64,000 bases of DNA, taken from assembly GCA_047495785.1 (NCBI GenBank), contig JBLDXI010000060.1, forward strand, positions 62,001-126,000. The letters run 5' to 3'. Below the pieces are notes generated by a model that saw nothing but the letters and a program-made list of their open reading frames with translations, was not told the origin of the DNA and did not search any database. The DNA comes from Lepidodermella squamata (lineage: Eukaryota; Animalia; Gastrotricha). This document shows, in pieces, positions 12,961 through 25,888 of the stretch; the first letter of the stretch is position 1, and each line of letters opens with the position of its first letter. The position numbers and the translations under genes were made by a program.

Positions 12961-14518
12961 ATGGACGAAAATGGTCCCTACGCTGTCTGGGAATACACCG
13001 AAAGCGACAGCTTCGGCTGCAGCTGGATCGGCTTCACATACAACATGGATGGGAAAACTAAGCCGAAAATCAGTACGCTCAAGACGAAACAAGTTTATAA
13101 AGTCATGTGGGAAGATCAACTTTACTCAGCCAGATTGGTGAAGATAGGTTTGTTTCCTTCAGCTGTGATGTTACAAGCTAGCTTCATTCTTCCCTGCTAA
13201 ACTTTCAACAGTCGATGATTTGGAAGTCGGATCACGCGAAGCTCAAAAGCTTGATGAAATTTATTATTCCGGTGTCACTGATAACAAGAAAAAATGTAAT
13301 GGACTATCTGAACCGCCTCCGAAGCTGCTTCCTGCGCCTAAGACTGCCCCTGGAAAGTCTAAGCAATTGAATATAAAGAAGAATGACGCAAACGGAGTTG
13401 TTGTTGGGTAATTTTCAAGCCTCTTTAATTAGCCTTTCAAATTTTCTGTTGCAGCTTTGGTACACCAAAGCAGCCAACGCTGGCGTAAGTCGACTCCCAC
13501 CATAGCTTTTTCGGACTTGAATGATTTTTTTTCCATAGAGCCCGATCCTTGAGCGGATCAGGTAGCCAACGCAAGCCGTTGTCCTCTGTCGCCTCTAATA
13601 GGTTTTTTATCCGTTTTTCGCTAAATTATTTCCAAGGTTTTTCGTGTAAAGCAACGATCAGGAACTCGAATTCTTTGCGGAAACTCCAAAAGCCGAGCCC
13701 ACCAAAGCCGTGAAAGCCGAGCTCGCCAAAGCCGTGAAAGCCGAGCCCGCTGTCACCGAAACGCCCAGTGGAGCCCGAAAAAAGCCGGATGCTGCGGTTA
13801 AGTAAGTTTTGTTTCCTGTCTAATGGAGTCTCAAATGGCCTATTTTTTATTCAGTTGGAAAAAGCTCAACGATATTATGGACAACGATTCTTATGAATGG
13901 CCTGACAGCCTCAAAGAAGCGTTTGGACAGTTGCGCATCATTCTAGATTCGAAATTTACATTCAACAAGGACAAGGTATTTATTTATTCTCCATTTATTT
14001 TCTTTACTGTTTCTGCTTTATTAGATCATTATACAGGGGTACGAACTCGATCGTAAAAGTTACAACCGACTTCACGCGAAGGCCGTGGATGATGAAGATG
14101 ACGAAGCGATGTACGCACTCGGCTTGTTGCGGCTGATGTTTACGAAGAGCGAATATGTCGACAAAACGCTTACTGGCCGGAAGCCTGGCGTCTCCAACTC
14201 GGGGCGAGCAACGGGCGATGAACACAAGCTCGACGAAGATCGGGTCAATGCCATCTACGGTGAGAATTTTTTGCAGATAATGTTCCGAGTAATAATTTTC
14301 CTCAATTTCCAGCTCAGGTTAGGTACATATTTCGAAAGAAATCTACCGACGATTTGCCTCGAGTGAAAAAGGCCATTGGCGACTTTCTCGGTGCTCAGCG
14401 CCGCAAGGAAACCCCGAAAACTCCGATCGAACTGGATGGAAGCGAGGAATCGCCGACGAAAAGTCCGCCAGCCAAGAAGCAGACACGAGCGCATGAATCG
14501 TCCAGCGATCAAGAATGA
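12961..14518 (+). CDS. Multi-exon BEN-domain protein (TnpA-like accessory gene of the transposon)
   Basis: Spliced C-terminus reads YALGLLRLMFTKSEYVDKTLTGRK...KLDEDRVNAIY|AQVRYIF...VKKAIGDFLGAQRRK, matching the BEN pattern. Several GT-AG introns. Divergently oriented to the transposase. Internal exon limits approximate. Confidence 0.72.
13686..13750 (+). repeat. 24-nt coding tandem repeat (KAEPTKAV/KAELAKAV)
   Basis: AAAGCCGAGC..CCAAAGCCGTG units repeated about 2.5 times. Confidence 0.75.
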
Positions 14519-15216
14519 ACTTCATCAATTGTGTTCAACTTTAACAATTGTGATAACTTGAGAACTTGTGTGTTGAGAATATTGTGGAAATTATAGAAAT
14601 ATTGTAAACTTTCCTAGTCGATTATCTTTTTTTCACTTTCGCACACTTGCACGCTTAGAGTGCACCATTTTTCAAATTTTCGACGGGAAATGTAACAATT
14701 AAATTGTTCTATATGAAATTAGAGACGGCTTAAACTATAGACGGCTCCACACTATTAGATGACTCTCCATGTAAATTCTCATTTTTCACTTGCACGCAAA
14801 GAAATTGCTCAAATATTATTTCAATTCTTCTTGAATTTCAATTTTTCTTGAATTGACGTGGAATTTTGTTTCGATACTTACCTTATTTTACCCTAGTCGT
14901 GTAATTGTGCCTTATTCGTGTGTGCTTTTGCGAGTCGAATTAATATCTGACTTATCTCGTGCCATTCAATATCAATTAATCAATAAATTACAATCGCAAG
15001 CATTTAATCTCTTTTATTACACGAACTGGCGTCATCCTTAGTTACTAGGCCTAATTTTTGCCAAAAATTAGGCCTACAGGTATTCGGAGGCCTAACATAG
15101 GCCTTCATGGGCTAGGGTAGACTTAGCCCTAGATTCCCAAAATGAAGGCCTAACCTGGGCATGAATTCGGGAAATGCATTTTAGCCCCACTTTAGGCCTT
15201 GCAACTTTCATCTGGG

Positions 15217-17293
15217 TACAGGTAGGCCATTGTTTTAACGGGCGACCCGTGATAATTGTAGGTGGCATAGACTCCCATTCTAACCTCTTCCGTGATACCC
15301 GTGAATGCATCGACAGACGCTCCCCCAATGTTAACGATAGAATTGCTAGATTGACAAAAAACATTCAGATTCGGTCCAACCTTCTCGAAAATGATCGCTT
15401 CCGGGCTGCAGCCGGATGACCCTAATGGAACACCTGGGATGTCATTAACCGAAGTTGGCAATCCTGATGTTTTAAGTAAATAGCTTCCGTCTTTCGCGCG
15501 TCTCACCATCAATCCCATAAGCGAATCCGCCTTCCCATTGATCGCAGGTGCTGCGAGAGAACCAATGCTCAAATCCATAGAAGTCTGACTCCCGATAAAC
15601 CAAAATTTCAGTTCCACATTAGCGGTATCGAATGCAAGGTGGTACTCCACTCGAAAATCGATGGATGGACTGAAAGTCTAACACGAAAGAAAGCATTTAA
15701 TCCTTTCATCATCTCAGCTATGACACTTGCCACTTACAACTGGCGACCAAACCACCCCAGTCTGCCCTAACGCAGCCAATCGAATCGTCATGCCGTTTTC
15801 TGTTATTGCCGCGGCACCTCGTCGGTAAACTTTGTCTATCGTTGAAACCAATTAAAATTTTAATTGGAAATGTAAAAAATGGTGTGATTTTACGGAAGTT
15901 TGCGATATTTATAGACAGGTTTTCGTCGTACGTCCAGGCGCAGTTTTGACATGCATTAGTAGTCGATTTCACAGGCGAAGAAATTGCTAGAACATAATCA
16001 TCCTGTATATCTAAGTATTCCACAGGCAAAATACAATACGAACATGATTTGCAATGCCGCAATAGTATGTCGGTCGTATTCTGGTCGGGATAATAAGCGT
16101 GGAATATCATCAGGCAAGAGACGGCCCCAGCGTTTGTTGCTCTGAAGAAAGACGTAAAAATTTGGCTCGATTGCGTGAAATTCCAAAACTTACAATTCAC
16201 CAAGCGTGATCACGGCATTAGATACAGCTCCTTCACCAGTAGTAGTCTGAAAGCTGGTGGTGTAAGGCATCCCGCTGACTGTTAGCTTCACCCAGCTTTG
16301 CTTAGCATCACATCCGATCAAGTAAAGAACCCATCCGTTGAAAGTGCCGAAGCCCGCATCCTGGTGGTTAAACTTTTTGCCCTGTAGATCAACGACTACA
16401 GACCGGGCGGTGACACTAATGATATTGGCCACAGCTCCATCAGTTAGCTTCACCAAATTACCCTGAAAGTCACCACGGGCTAAGATCGCGATACTCCAAA
16501 CGTTCCCAGTCGACAGCGCTGGTCCATTCGTTTGAAGAGCAGCTTTGTTCGAACCGCCTACCTTAAAGCCGATTTGTTGGAATGTTGCATAAGGAGTTGA
16601 GAGAGCTGCTCCATTTAACGATGAAAAATCAACCATTCCAGGCGTCAGAGGACGAAGAAGAGTGTCTGAAGTTAATGGCCAGAACGCTGCCAGATGTGAT
16701 GGAGGCGAAGAAGTTGGTTCACCGCAAGGGTAATCTTTAGGATCTGGGAGAAATTTCCCATTGATACACGTAGATTGAATGTGAGCGCCATTTGGACATT
16801 CGTCCCTAACCATTACGAACTTGTCCATGTTAGTCAGACCTGCAGCATTCGTCCAGGTTTCGCCAAAATTATTGCTTATGGAGTAAATGTGATTTTTCAA
16901 GGGCGCCACAGGCCAGGAGCATGTTTGATTGCTCATTTTATTCACCGAAGCTAGGAAACAACCATGATCAATATTATTAAATGAGTTGAATGCATCAGAC
17001 TCACTGCTAAAATCGGAACATCTCGTGATTCTTTTGGTCCACCATCCACTGTCCACGCACATTGTTGCGCTCTTTGTGTTGTCCGCTTTGCATGTAACGT
17101 GGACAATAGTACCGAACGGGTAAGTAGCGTCAGCCGTCGAGGTGAATGCCTTCCAACCATCCATATATGAAATCAAGTTATCAGTGGTAAATATGGATGT
17201 AGAGGTTTGGTTCCACGTGCATTGTTCGAGTGATTTTGCAAATTTAACGCCGAAGCTTACGATAGCTAATGTTATTGCCAGCCTCATCAGCAT
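15217..17293 (-). CDS. Cell-surface gene A, 5' part: signal peptide, two Sushi/CCP-like modules, LamG/pentraxin-like domain, further beta-rich domain; interrupted by the transposon
   Basis: MLMRLAITLAIVSFG signal. C...GTIVHVTC...TMCVDSGWW...RC Sushi pattern. HLAAFWPL LamG-like start. Short introns shared with paralog B. Domain names are from motif recognition only. Confidence 0.7.
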
Positions 17294-17601
17294 AGCGGGA
17301 TTTAACGCTTTCTGTAAAGCTTTTATGAAGCAAATGCTTTTATAATAGAAGAGATGTTGGTAAATCATTATGTTCCTTGTTTACTTACTCATAAGCGGCA
17401 ACTATTCTTCGAAATGTCGCAATCAAGTTCAGTGGATCTGCAATCCAGGGAACCGTTTTCCTACGCTGCCGCATTATATAAATGAGGAGAACGAAACATT
17501 TGATAATCAGAAGAAAATTGAGTCAACCACTGCCCTTAGAAACATCATAACGCAGCCGTTTTTAAGGAGGCCAGGGAATTTTCATGAAAGAGACCTTAGC
17601 C

Positions 17602-18026
17602 CAGGGCTTCTCAACGCCCAACCCTTGACGACCCAAAAATAAAAAATTCTTACCAGGCTGCGACCCCTAGAAGAATTTTCCATTTTTTCCGTTTCTCAGA
17701 GTGGGAAAATATGCTGAAAATTTCGAGATTCTACGTCAAAGCTATAAAATATCACTATATTAGCATAAGGTTTTCCTGGTTTTGTTCAAACTTTCCACGA
17801 ATCGGATTCTTAACCGCAATTTAAGCCGGTTATCAGTCGAATATTATTGGAGCGAATAATAAATAGCAAGCGAAGCGAGCTTCAGCTGACGCTATTTTGT
17901 AAGATTTTTTCTTGGGATTATGCCAAAAATGAACCAAATATTCCCAATTTACGAGGTTTATGAAAATCATCAGGCGACCCCCGCGACCCCCGGCTGAGTC
18001 GGCGACCCCCAGTTTGAGAAACCCTG
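17602..18026. mobile_element. hAT-family MITE
   Basis: TIRs CAGGGCTTCTCAA / TTGAGAAACCCTG. 8-bp TSD CCTTAGCC (17594-17601, 18027-18034). GCGACCCC subterminal repeats. Confidence 0.92.
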
Positions 18027-18439
18027 CCTTAGCCTAAAAAAATCGAGAGTGACCGAATATTTTAGCGTATATATCTCCCATCATATTATCCATCTTCTCA
18101 CATAAACATATCGTTGGCATCGTTGTATAACTCGGATTTACGAGGCGAGAAGTAACAAGTTGAAAGTCATGTATTTTTGCCTCTCCCCGTTAATAAAACG
18201 CCGCTTCTTACTTATCCCTGTAAATTTCAAATCGACGTGAACAAGCTCAAATCGGATTTATTCAAAGACTGTACTTCCGTTATCTGGTCTTATGACTTCC
18301 CTATCGCAATTGAGTTTTGCCTATCAATTAAACATCGGGTATAGAACACGTCAGGTTATTTTATTTTGTTCTTCGATCTTAACGTTAACAGCACAGTACT
18401 GGCCGATAGGAGAATGTTTCAATAAAATCAGTGGGAAAA

Positions 18440-20849
18440 TTAGAATAAACTGCTGATGACGATAAAATCGATCACCGATAATGCCAAATAGAGGAGAGAG
18501 ACCACCAGGAGAGAATGGACACATTTTACTTCATTTCCACTGCTTTTTTCGTGTTTTGGCAGAGCAGGGCTCTTTGCCGTGGATTTTACTACGGTTTGCT
18601 GGGTAGAAGTAAGGAATAAAGGACATTCGTTTGGGTACTCGACAGTTCAGTGGTAGTAGCTATCGACGATGTTGCACTGGTTGTCGAACTAGTAGTGGAT
18701 GTCCCTACTGATGGAGTCGTGGGAATGGGACTTTTTGTATAAAATTTGATTTGATAGAGATAGGCCATTGTGCTAACAGGCGACGAGTGGTAGTTGTACG
18801 TGGCATAGACCCCCAGCCTAACCTTCTCAGTGATGCTCGAGAACGCCGCGATGGAAATGGGTTCATTCGTCAATTCGTCAATAGAATTGGATGATTGACA
18901 GAAAATATGCAAATTCGACCCAACTTTCTCACAGATAATTCCTTCTAGTAATCCGCAGCCATTGCTGTTGATATTCAGGTCGACCCATTTCGTCTTATCA
19001 ACGGAAACAGGAGAGCCCGAGGATTTCATTTGAAAATTCCCGTTTGGTTGGCGCCTGATGATCATTCCAACAAATGAATTCATCTTAAGATTGAACGCTG
19101 CTGTTTTATAGCTGCCAGTACTCAAATCCAGCGACTTTTGGCTTGCGACAAGCAAAAACTGAAGTTCCACGTTTTGATCATCCAACGCAAGGTGATATTC
19201 TACTCGGAAGTCGATGGATGGATTGAAAGTCTGTAAGTAAGCAAGAAAATACTTTTCCGGCATTGTAATTTCAGTCATTTATCCCTTACGTTAGGTGACC
19301 AAATCACACCACTTTGCCCTAACGCAGCCAACCGAATAGTCTGGCCGTTGGAAGTTATTGCCGCGGCACCTCGTCGGTAAACTTTGTCTATCAATGCATT
19401 AAACAAATAATCTGTAACTGAAAACGGAAATGGGGCAATTGCATACGGAAGTTTGCAATATTTATGGATTGATTTTCGTCGTAGTTCCACACGCAAGCTT
19501 GACAGGTCTTGGGTATTGTCACATCTGGTGAGGATGTAGCTGACAAACAACGAGTTTCAATCGAATGGACCTACAAAAAACTCAACGAACCCGCCTTACA
19601 ATGCCGCATGAGCACATCTGCCGTAATTCGGTCCGAGTAATAAAAGTTGAACAACATCAAACAGGAAATGACCCCATCATTATTGGACCTATAAAGACGT
19701 TAGTAATAATTCTTGTTGATAGCTCAGTTTTCAATACTAACACTCCACTAAGATTGACAGAAACTGGTGGGTCCGTGATATCTCCAGCGCCCGATGTTGT
19801 AACAACAATATCGCTTTCAAAATCTACGTCTGCACCACTGACTGACAGAGCTAGCCGTGCATTCGAGGCATCGCAGCCGATCAAGTAGAGAGCAAAACCA
19901 CTTGCAACAGGCGGCGCGAATGTGATCTTTTCACCATTAAGCAGAACGTTCACCCATCCGTTTTTGAGTGAAATCGAATATAGAGGTGCACTTTTGTTGC
20001 CAATTAAGTCAAGCTGAAAGGCACCGCGAGCTAAGACCGCTATACTCCAGAATTTCCCGGTAAGCTGGGTGACTGCAGGCCCCTTCAACAGTGCCTCTTT
20101 CAAACCGCCAATAGTGTAACCTTTTTGTTTAAATTTTCCATATGCAGCAGATAAAGCTGCCCCATTTACCGCTTTGAAATCAGAGGTATTAGGTGTCAGA
20201 GCTCGAAGCCGAGTGTCAGCCGTAAGAGGCCAGAAGGCTGCGAGTTTGGATGGAGGTGAAATCACAGGCTCGCCACACGAGTATTTTTTAGGATCGGGAT
20301 TAAAAGCCCCGTTGATGCACGTCGTTTGTATGTAAGCGCCGTTCGGACATTCATCTCTAACCGTTGCAAACTTGTTGATGCCAGTCAGTTTAGTAGTTTT
20401 CAACCAAGTTAATCCGTAATCACTGCTAATGTTGTAACCATGTGTCTTTGAAAGTGACCCAGGCCAGGAACAAGTTTGATTGCTCATTTTTCCGACGGTT
20501 TCTAAAAGCATCGAAAAAATAGCATTTTTCAGAAAAGCTGTCTCAAACAAAGCTTACTGAAGTCTGAACATCTGGAAATTCTCTTAGTCCACCAACCACT
20601 GTCAATGCACATAGTTGCACTTCTCGTTGTATCGTTGACGCACGTAACATGAACAATAGTACCGAGCGGGAATTTAGTCTCCATCGTTGAGTTAAATGTC
20701 TCCCATCCGTCGATAGGAGTAACCAGGCTTTCAGCTGTGAATTCAGTCGTCTTGTTCCATACGCATAGTTCCAGATCCAGCGACTCTGCTAAATCAATGT
20801 TGAAGCAAGCGAAAGTTAATGCAGCTAATGCAGCTTCAATGATTGCCAT
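18440..20849 (-). CDS. Cell-surface gene B, tandem paralog of gene A; no SEA domain, C-terminal anchor out of frame
   Basis: Colinear homology to gene A (GTIVHVTC, SATMCIDSGWWTKRI, LAAFWPLT, RLGVYATYNYH..MAYLYQIKFYT). Short S/T stalk. The hydrophobic tail (KCVHSLLVVSLLYLALSVIDFIVISSLF*) lies in another frame after an 8-nt insertion near 18611-18618. Confidence 0.72.
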
Positions 20850-21738
20850 GCTTACATCCGAAAAACGTCCGAGTGCCTATACATTCAGAGAAATTAGAAT
20901 AGATCAGTATAAACTAATCAATTAGTTTCTGTGTCAGAAGATTTGTTTCAGAAGTATTCAGTATTCAGCATTCAGCCGATATATTTATAGGATCGATTTC
21001 ATCTTTGATCTAGAATCTTGATAGCTGCTGTAACTTTGGTTCTATTCTTTCCATTGCGTCAGCAGGTTCTACCGTTTCATTTCGTTGGATTATACATTAG
21101 TATGGAGCACTCTATTGGATTAGCGTTGCACCTTCTCATAACACATGCAGTATTCGTCTTAGCATACAATGACACTTTTCGCTTACCTTCCTATTTTCGC
21201 CGTTCGCTTGTATAGGAAGATGCATGCTTTTACCCCTGCTACGTACACCTCAGTCTTGTACACTTTTAACTTGTGTAAACAATTTCCGGTGGTCCCAAAA
21301 TCGTAGTAGAAAGCTTTGAAGTTGTGCACTTTTTGTAGAATAACCCGACATCTTTCGAAACTTTCATCCCACAATGTGAAACTTGTAATTTGAGTATTTT
21401 TCTACTTTTACTTCGATTTATTATTTATGCGATATTTCAATCTTAGTCTGAAGGCTTTTTATTACAATTCTAATTACCCTTCGAATTTTAAAAACTAGAA
21501 GATTTGGCCGTGATAAATGTAGATTTTATAATTCATCGACGAAAGCGCCATTTCAAATGAGCTGCTCAACGAAATATTTTTCGAAGCAACTTATTCATTA
21601 AAATCGCAGGAGCAAGTGCATACACTCTAATTAAAAATTCCACCCGAGGGAACAACGATTTGCTTAAGGCCAATTATTTCAGGAAAGCCGATCCTATCCT
21701 GAGATGTGATGAAACGCTTTTTCAGAATTTCACGTGAG

Positions 21739-22929
21739 ATGTATCTGACCTATTTCGCTTTAGGTATTTTCGCTGCCAGCAGCGCTTCAGAAGTCGATCC
21801 CCACAAATTCGTGCCCAAGGACGCTCAACTGCGAAAGATCTTCGTCGAAAAATGCAGCTTACGCGAAATCTCTCGCCATTCAATTCAAGCCCGTGAGCCA
21901 ACAGTGATTCAGCTCGCCTTCAAACCGTTCAGATTCCAGAAGCTTGAAGATGTCGAGGAGGTTTTGTCTATGCTAATCGAGCTTCGCATGTCATGGCGAC
22001 ACCCGTGCGTATCTTGGAACATCAGCGACTGGGATGGCATGAAATCATTTGAAATGCAAGAATTCGAGTCCTGGCTCCCGATGCTTTACATTGTGAACGG
22101 AGCCGAATCTTTGTCGCTGGACCAGCTGACCTCCGAGAGGCAATACATTCGCTACAGCTACGATAGCGAAATTTCTGTAACCGTTTACGGCATGACAACA
22201 ACGCACTGCGCTTTAAAGTGAGTCGCCTCGCATTTTTTTGCAATTTCGAACCTTCTCATCATTTCTAGTTTGGAAAATTTCCCGTACGATGTTCAGAACT
22301 GCCCGATTCACATTGAATCTTGGCTGAATACAAACAGCATACGCTTTGAATTGGTAGATGCAATTGTTATGGAGGATGAAACAAAGCCGTTCATGTCTCA
22401 AGTTTCAGCTTGGAGCTTTCTGGGGGTCTCGACAAATCTATCAGGAGTGTCATATCCTGATTCACCAACCAAGATATATCACAGAGCGACTTATACCTTC
22501 AAGTTCGAGAGGCGCCCGAACTTATATGTTGTCAACATATTTTTCCCCTGTACGTGCTTGATCACTCTACTTTTCGGGGCGGTGTTTATGCCTCCTGAGG
22601 CTAATGACAGACCATCGTATTGCGTTTCTGTAGTTCTCGCCTACTCATTCTACCAAGCGTCTATCAGCGAAATGATCCCGAAAACCAGCCAAGTGCCATG
22701 GGCGCTCATTTTTCTAGCCAGCCAAATGGGCGCTGGAGTGCTATGCACCCTCTACACATTGGTCGCAACTTATATGTCGTCGATGAAATTATTCAACCGA
22801 AGAGCGAATTTGTCCATTAAATTGAATTGCTCTCTCGTTAGATTTATCGATTTCTGCTTTTTCGCTATCGTTGCTTTTGGTCTGTTCGTAATTGATATGT
22901 TTATCTTTGTGAAAATTCGGAAATGCTAG
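21739..22929 (+). CDS. Divergent Cys-loop ligand-gated ion channel subunit 1 (exons 21739-22217, 22269-22929)
   Basis: Signal peptide, W.HP..W, WLP, spliced Cys-loop CALNLENFPYDVQNC (C-x13-C), ESW loop B, RRP pre-M1, four TM helices. Confidence 0.92.
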
Positions 22930-22977
22930 TTATGGACGATGATAACTCAAATATTTCTCTTCATTTTTAATAAAAAA

Positions 22978-24158
22978 ATGCTCTGGAATATCCCAATAAT
23001 TTACATTTATGCTGTGATTCTTCAAGCTCTCTGCGAGGACTCATGGCTGCCCAAAGATGCTCAGCTAAGGAAACTGTTCATCCAGAAATGTGGAGTCACC
23101 GAAAAATCCCGCCATAGCGCTGAATTTCGGGACCCTGTCAAACTTTCGTTGACATTCAAGCCATTCCGATTCATTGAGCTACAAGAAGTGGAAGAGACAT
23201 TCGCTGTAATGGCTGAACTATATCTATCCTGGTACCATCCCTGCGTTCATTGGAACAAAACTGAATGGGGTGAATATAAATCATTCGAGCTAGCGGCAAC
23301 AGACACTTGGATGCCCCCGATGCAAGTTGTGAATGCAGCTCGCACTACGCAAATCGATCATCTCATGTCATCAAGGCAATATGTCCGATATAGCCACGAC
23401 GGCCAGTTAACTACAACGCTTTCTGGAGCTTTCGAAGTATACTGCCCTTTGAAGTAAGTATCATGTGAAACTTTAGCATTGGTCTAACTAATTTTTCTAT
23501 GTTAAGCCTTGAGAAATTCCCGGCTGACACTCAGCACTGCGACATAATGATCGAGTCATGGCTCAATAACAATAGCGTTCACTTCGAGTTCAATCCTAAT
23601 GACACGATTTTGGACAACGACGAAGACGCGCCATTTATCAGCAAATCTAGCGCGTGGCGATTCGTCGAAGTTACCGCGAGCTTTCTGCCAGCGAATTACC
23701 CGGATGACCCTCTGAAGTTCTACCATCGCCTGACTTATACGTTCAAGATAAGCAGGCGCCCAGCTCTCTATATTCTCAACATATTCCTACCCTGCATTGG
23801 TTTGATGCTTCTAATGTTCGGTTCGTATTTCATCCCACCCGACTCGCCTGATCGGCCAGTTTTCTGTTGTACTGTTGTACTGGCTATTGCTGTCTATCAG
23901 TCCAATGTTAGCGAGATGATTCCAAGGACCAGTCAAATTCCATGGGCTCTGGTTTTCCTGGTAGTCCAGCTCGGCATCGGCATTGTCATGACTCTCTACA
24001 CTCTGCTAACATGCGATTTAGCCGGCAGGATGTCGTTCGAAGTTGGCAAACGCGGCGGAATGACAGCGATTCGTTTACTTGATATTGTTTTTTACGGAAG
24101 TGCCCTTTTAGTTATTGCGATTATTGATGCTTACATTATGGTAGAGATAATGCGCTGA
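22978..24158 (+). CDS. Cys-loop LGIC subunit 2 (exons 22978-23453, 23507-24158)
   Basis: Spliced CPLNLEKFPADTQHC; PDSPDRP M1-M2 linker; 4 TM. Confidence 0.92.
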
Positions 24159-24684
24159 GCGCATGGGGAAAAAATGGATTATTTGAATGTCGAAAAATCC
24201 TGGACAGAACTTGTTTCAGACAAAAGGTAATCTAGTGAACTCTCTTCACAGGCTCTGCGAAGCTTCAATTCTTTCCAAGGCCTTCCGCGGCCTTGTAAAT
24301 AGACATTGGAGCTTTTTGAGACATCAAATAATAAAACAAAGTGAAGTCAATCCATATTGAGATCCCACGAACCCAAGTCATGGTGGCAGCGAACTCATAC
24401 ATGGGGGGAATAAAGCGAAAGTGGAGAACTGAATTACTTCTTAAATTTGCCTCCAAGATAGTATCCTCTTTTGTCACGTGGTTTTGGTGACGTCGTTTGA
24501 TTTCAAAATAGAAGTATATCAAATTGTTAGTTTAATCGATTTCTGCAACGTCGCTGCTTTTGCTCTGTTCATTAAGTAGTAAGAAATTAAAACTAGCCAA
24601 AGAGAAATGAATATTTTAAAATCCGGAAAAGCCAGTGCGATGAGGTTTTTTTACACAGCGATTCTCTCTTCAGTTAATAAAAAA

Positions 24685-25860
24685 ATGTTTGCGAAATTTC
24701 CAATATTTCTGATTTGTGGCGCAGCGATAACTTGTGCAGAAGAGTCATGGCGGCCTAAAGACGCCCAGTTGAGGGCTTTTTTCATCGAAAAATGCGGGGT
24801 TTCGGAAAATGCACGTCACAGTGCGAATTTTCGCGACACAGTCAGAGTTAACATGATTTTCAGGCCGTTTCGATTCATCGAACTGCAGGAGGTCCAAGAA
24901 GCATTCGCGGTTATGGCCGAGCTATATCTATTTTGGAACCATCCATGCGTTCGCTGGAACAAAACGGAATGGGAAGATGCGAAATCATTTGAAGTCAACG
25001 CAGAAGATTCATGGTTACCACCTCTTCGAGTTGTTAACGCAGCTCGCAAGCCTCAGATGGATGACCTCATGTCATCGAGGCAATACGTGAGATACAGCCA
25101 TGACGGCGAAGTTACTACAACGCTTTCGGGGCCCTTTGAAGTCTACTGTCCCCTGAAGTAAGTAGAACTAGTTTCAACCCTATCAAAACCGGTCTTTATT
25201 TATTTCTATAGCTTGGAAAAATTTCCGGCTGACACTCAGCATTGTGACATTAGGATCGAGTCATGGATGAATAACAACAGCGTCAGTTTGATATATGACA
25301 CGAGTACTCCGATCATAGATAATGACGAACAGACTTCATTCATTAGCGAATCAAGCGCCTGGCGTTTGGACAATGTTAGCGCTGAATTGTTCGCTGCAAA
25401 TTACCCTGATGAACCTTTGAAGTACTATCACCGCGTGACATATACCTTCAAGATCAGCCGACGCCCAGCTCTTTACATCCTCAACATTTTCCTTCCATGT
25501 ATTGGGTTGATGCTTCTAATGTTCGGATCGGTTTTCATCCCGCCGGAATCTCCTGATCGGCCGGTATTCTGCTGCACTGTTGTACTGGCTATTGCTGTCT
25601 ATCAGTCCAATGTCAGCGAAATGATTCCTAAGACCAGTCAAATTCCATGGGCTCTCATTTTCTTGGTGGTTCAACTCGGCGTGGGCATTGTCATGACTCT
25701 CTACGCTCTGCTAACATGCGAACTGGCCGAAAGGCTTTCGTTCAAAATTCAAAACTGGGAGCTTAAAGCAATTCGTCTACTAGACATCATATTTTACGGA
25801 AGTGCACTTTTGGCCATTGTGATCATTGACACTTACATAATGGTAGAAATAATGTACTGA
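24685..25860 (+). CDS. Cys-loop LGIC subunit 3 (exons 24685-25157, 25212-25860)
   Basis: Close paralog of subunit 2 with the same intron and intact frames. Confidence 0.92.
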
Positions 25861-25888
25861 ATCTGCAAATGAGAAAGCTATCGATTAA

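Larger units (their letters stand above)
7877..15216. mobile_element. Autonomous-looking EnSpm/CMC-superfamily DNA transposon (7340 bp)
   Basis: TIR CCCAGATGAAAGT (7877-7889) and its reverse complement ending at 15216. 2-bp TSD TA (7875-76, 15217-18). TAGGCC/GGCCTA-type subterminal repeats at both ends. Internal transposase. Confidence 0.93.

Noticed and set aside
16190-17368. 392-aa ORF as a complete single-exon gene
   Set aside because: It reads through an in-frame intron (about 16952-17002, also present in paralog B) and continues by splicing into downstream exons.
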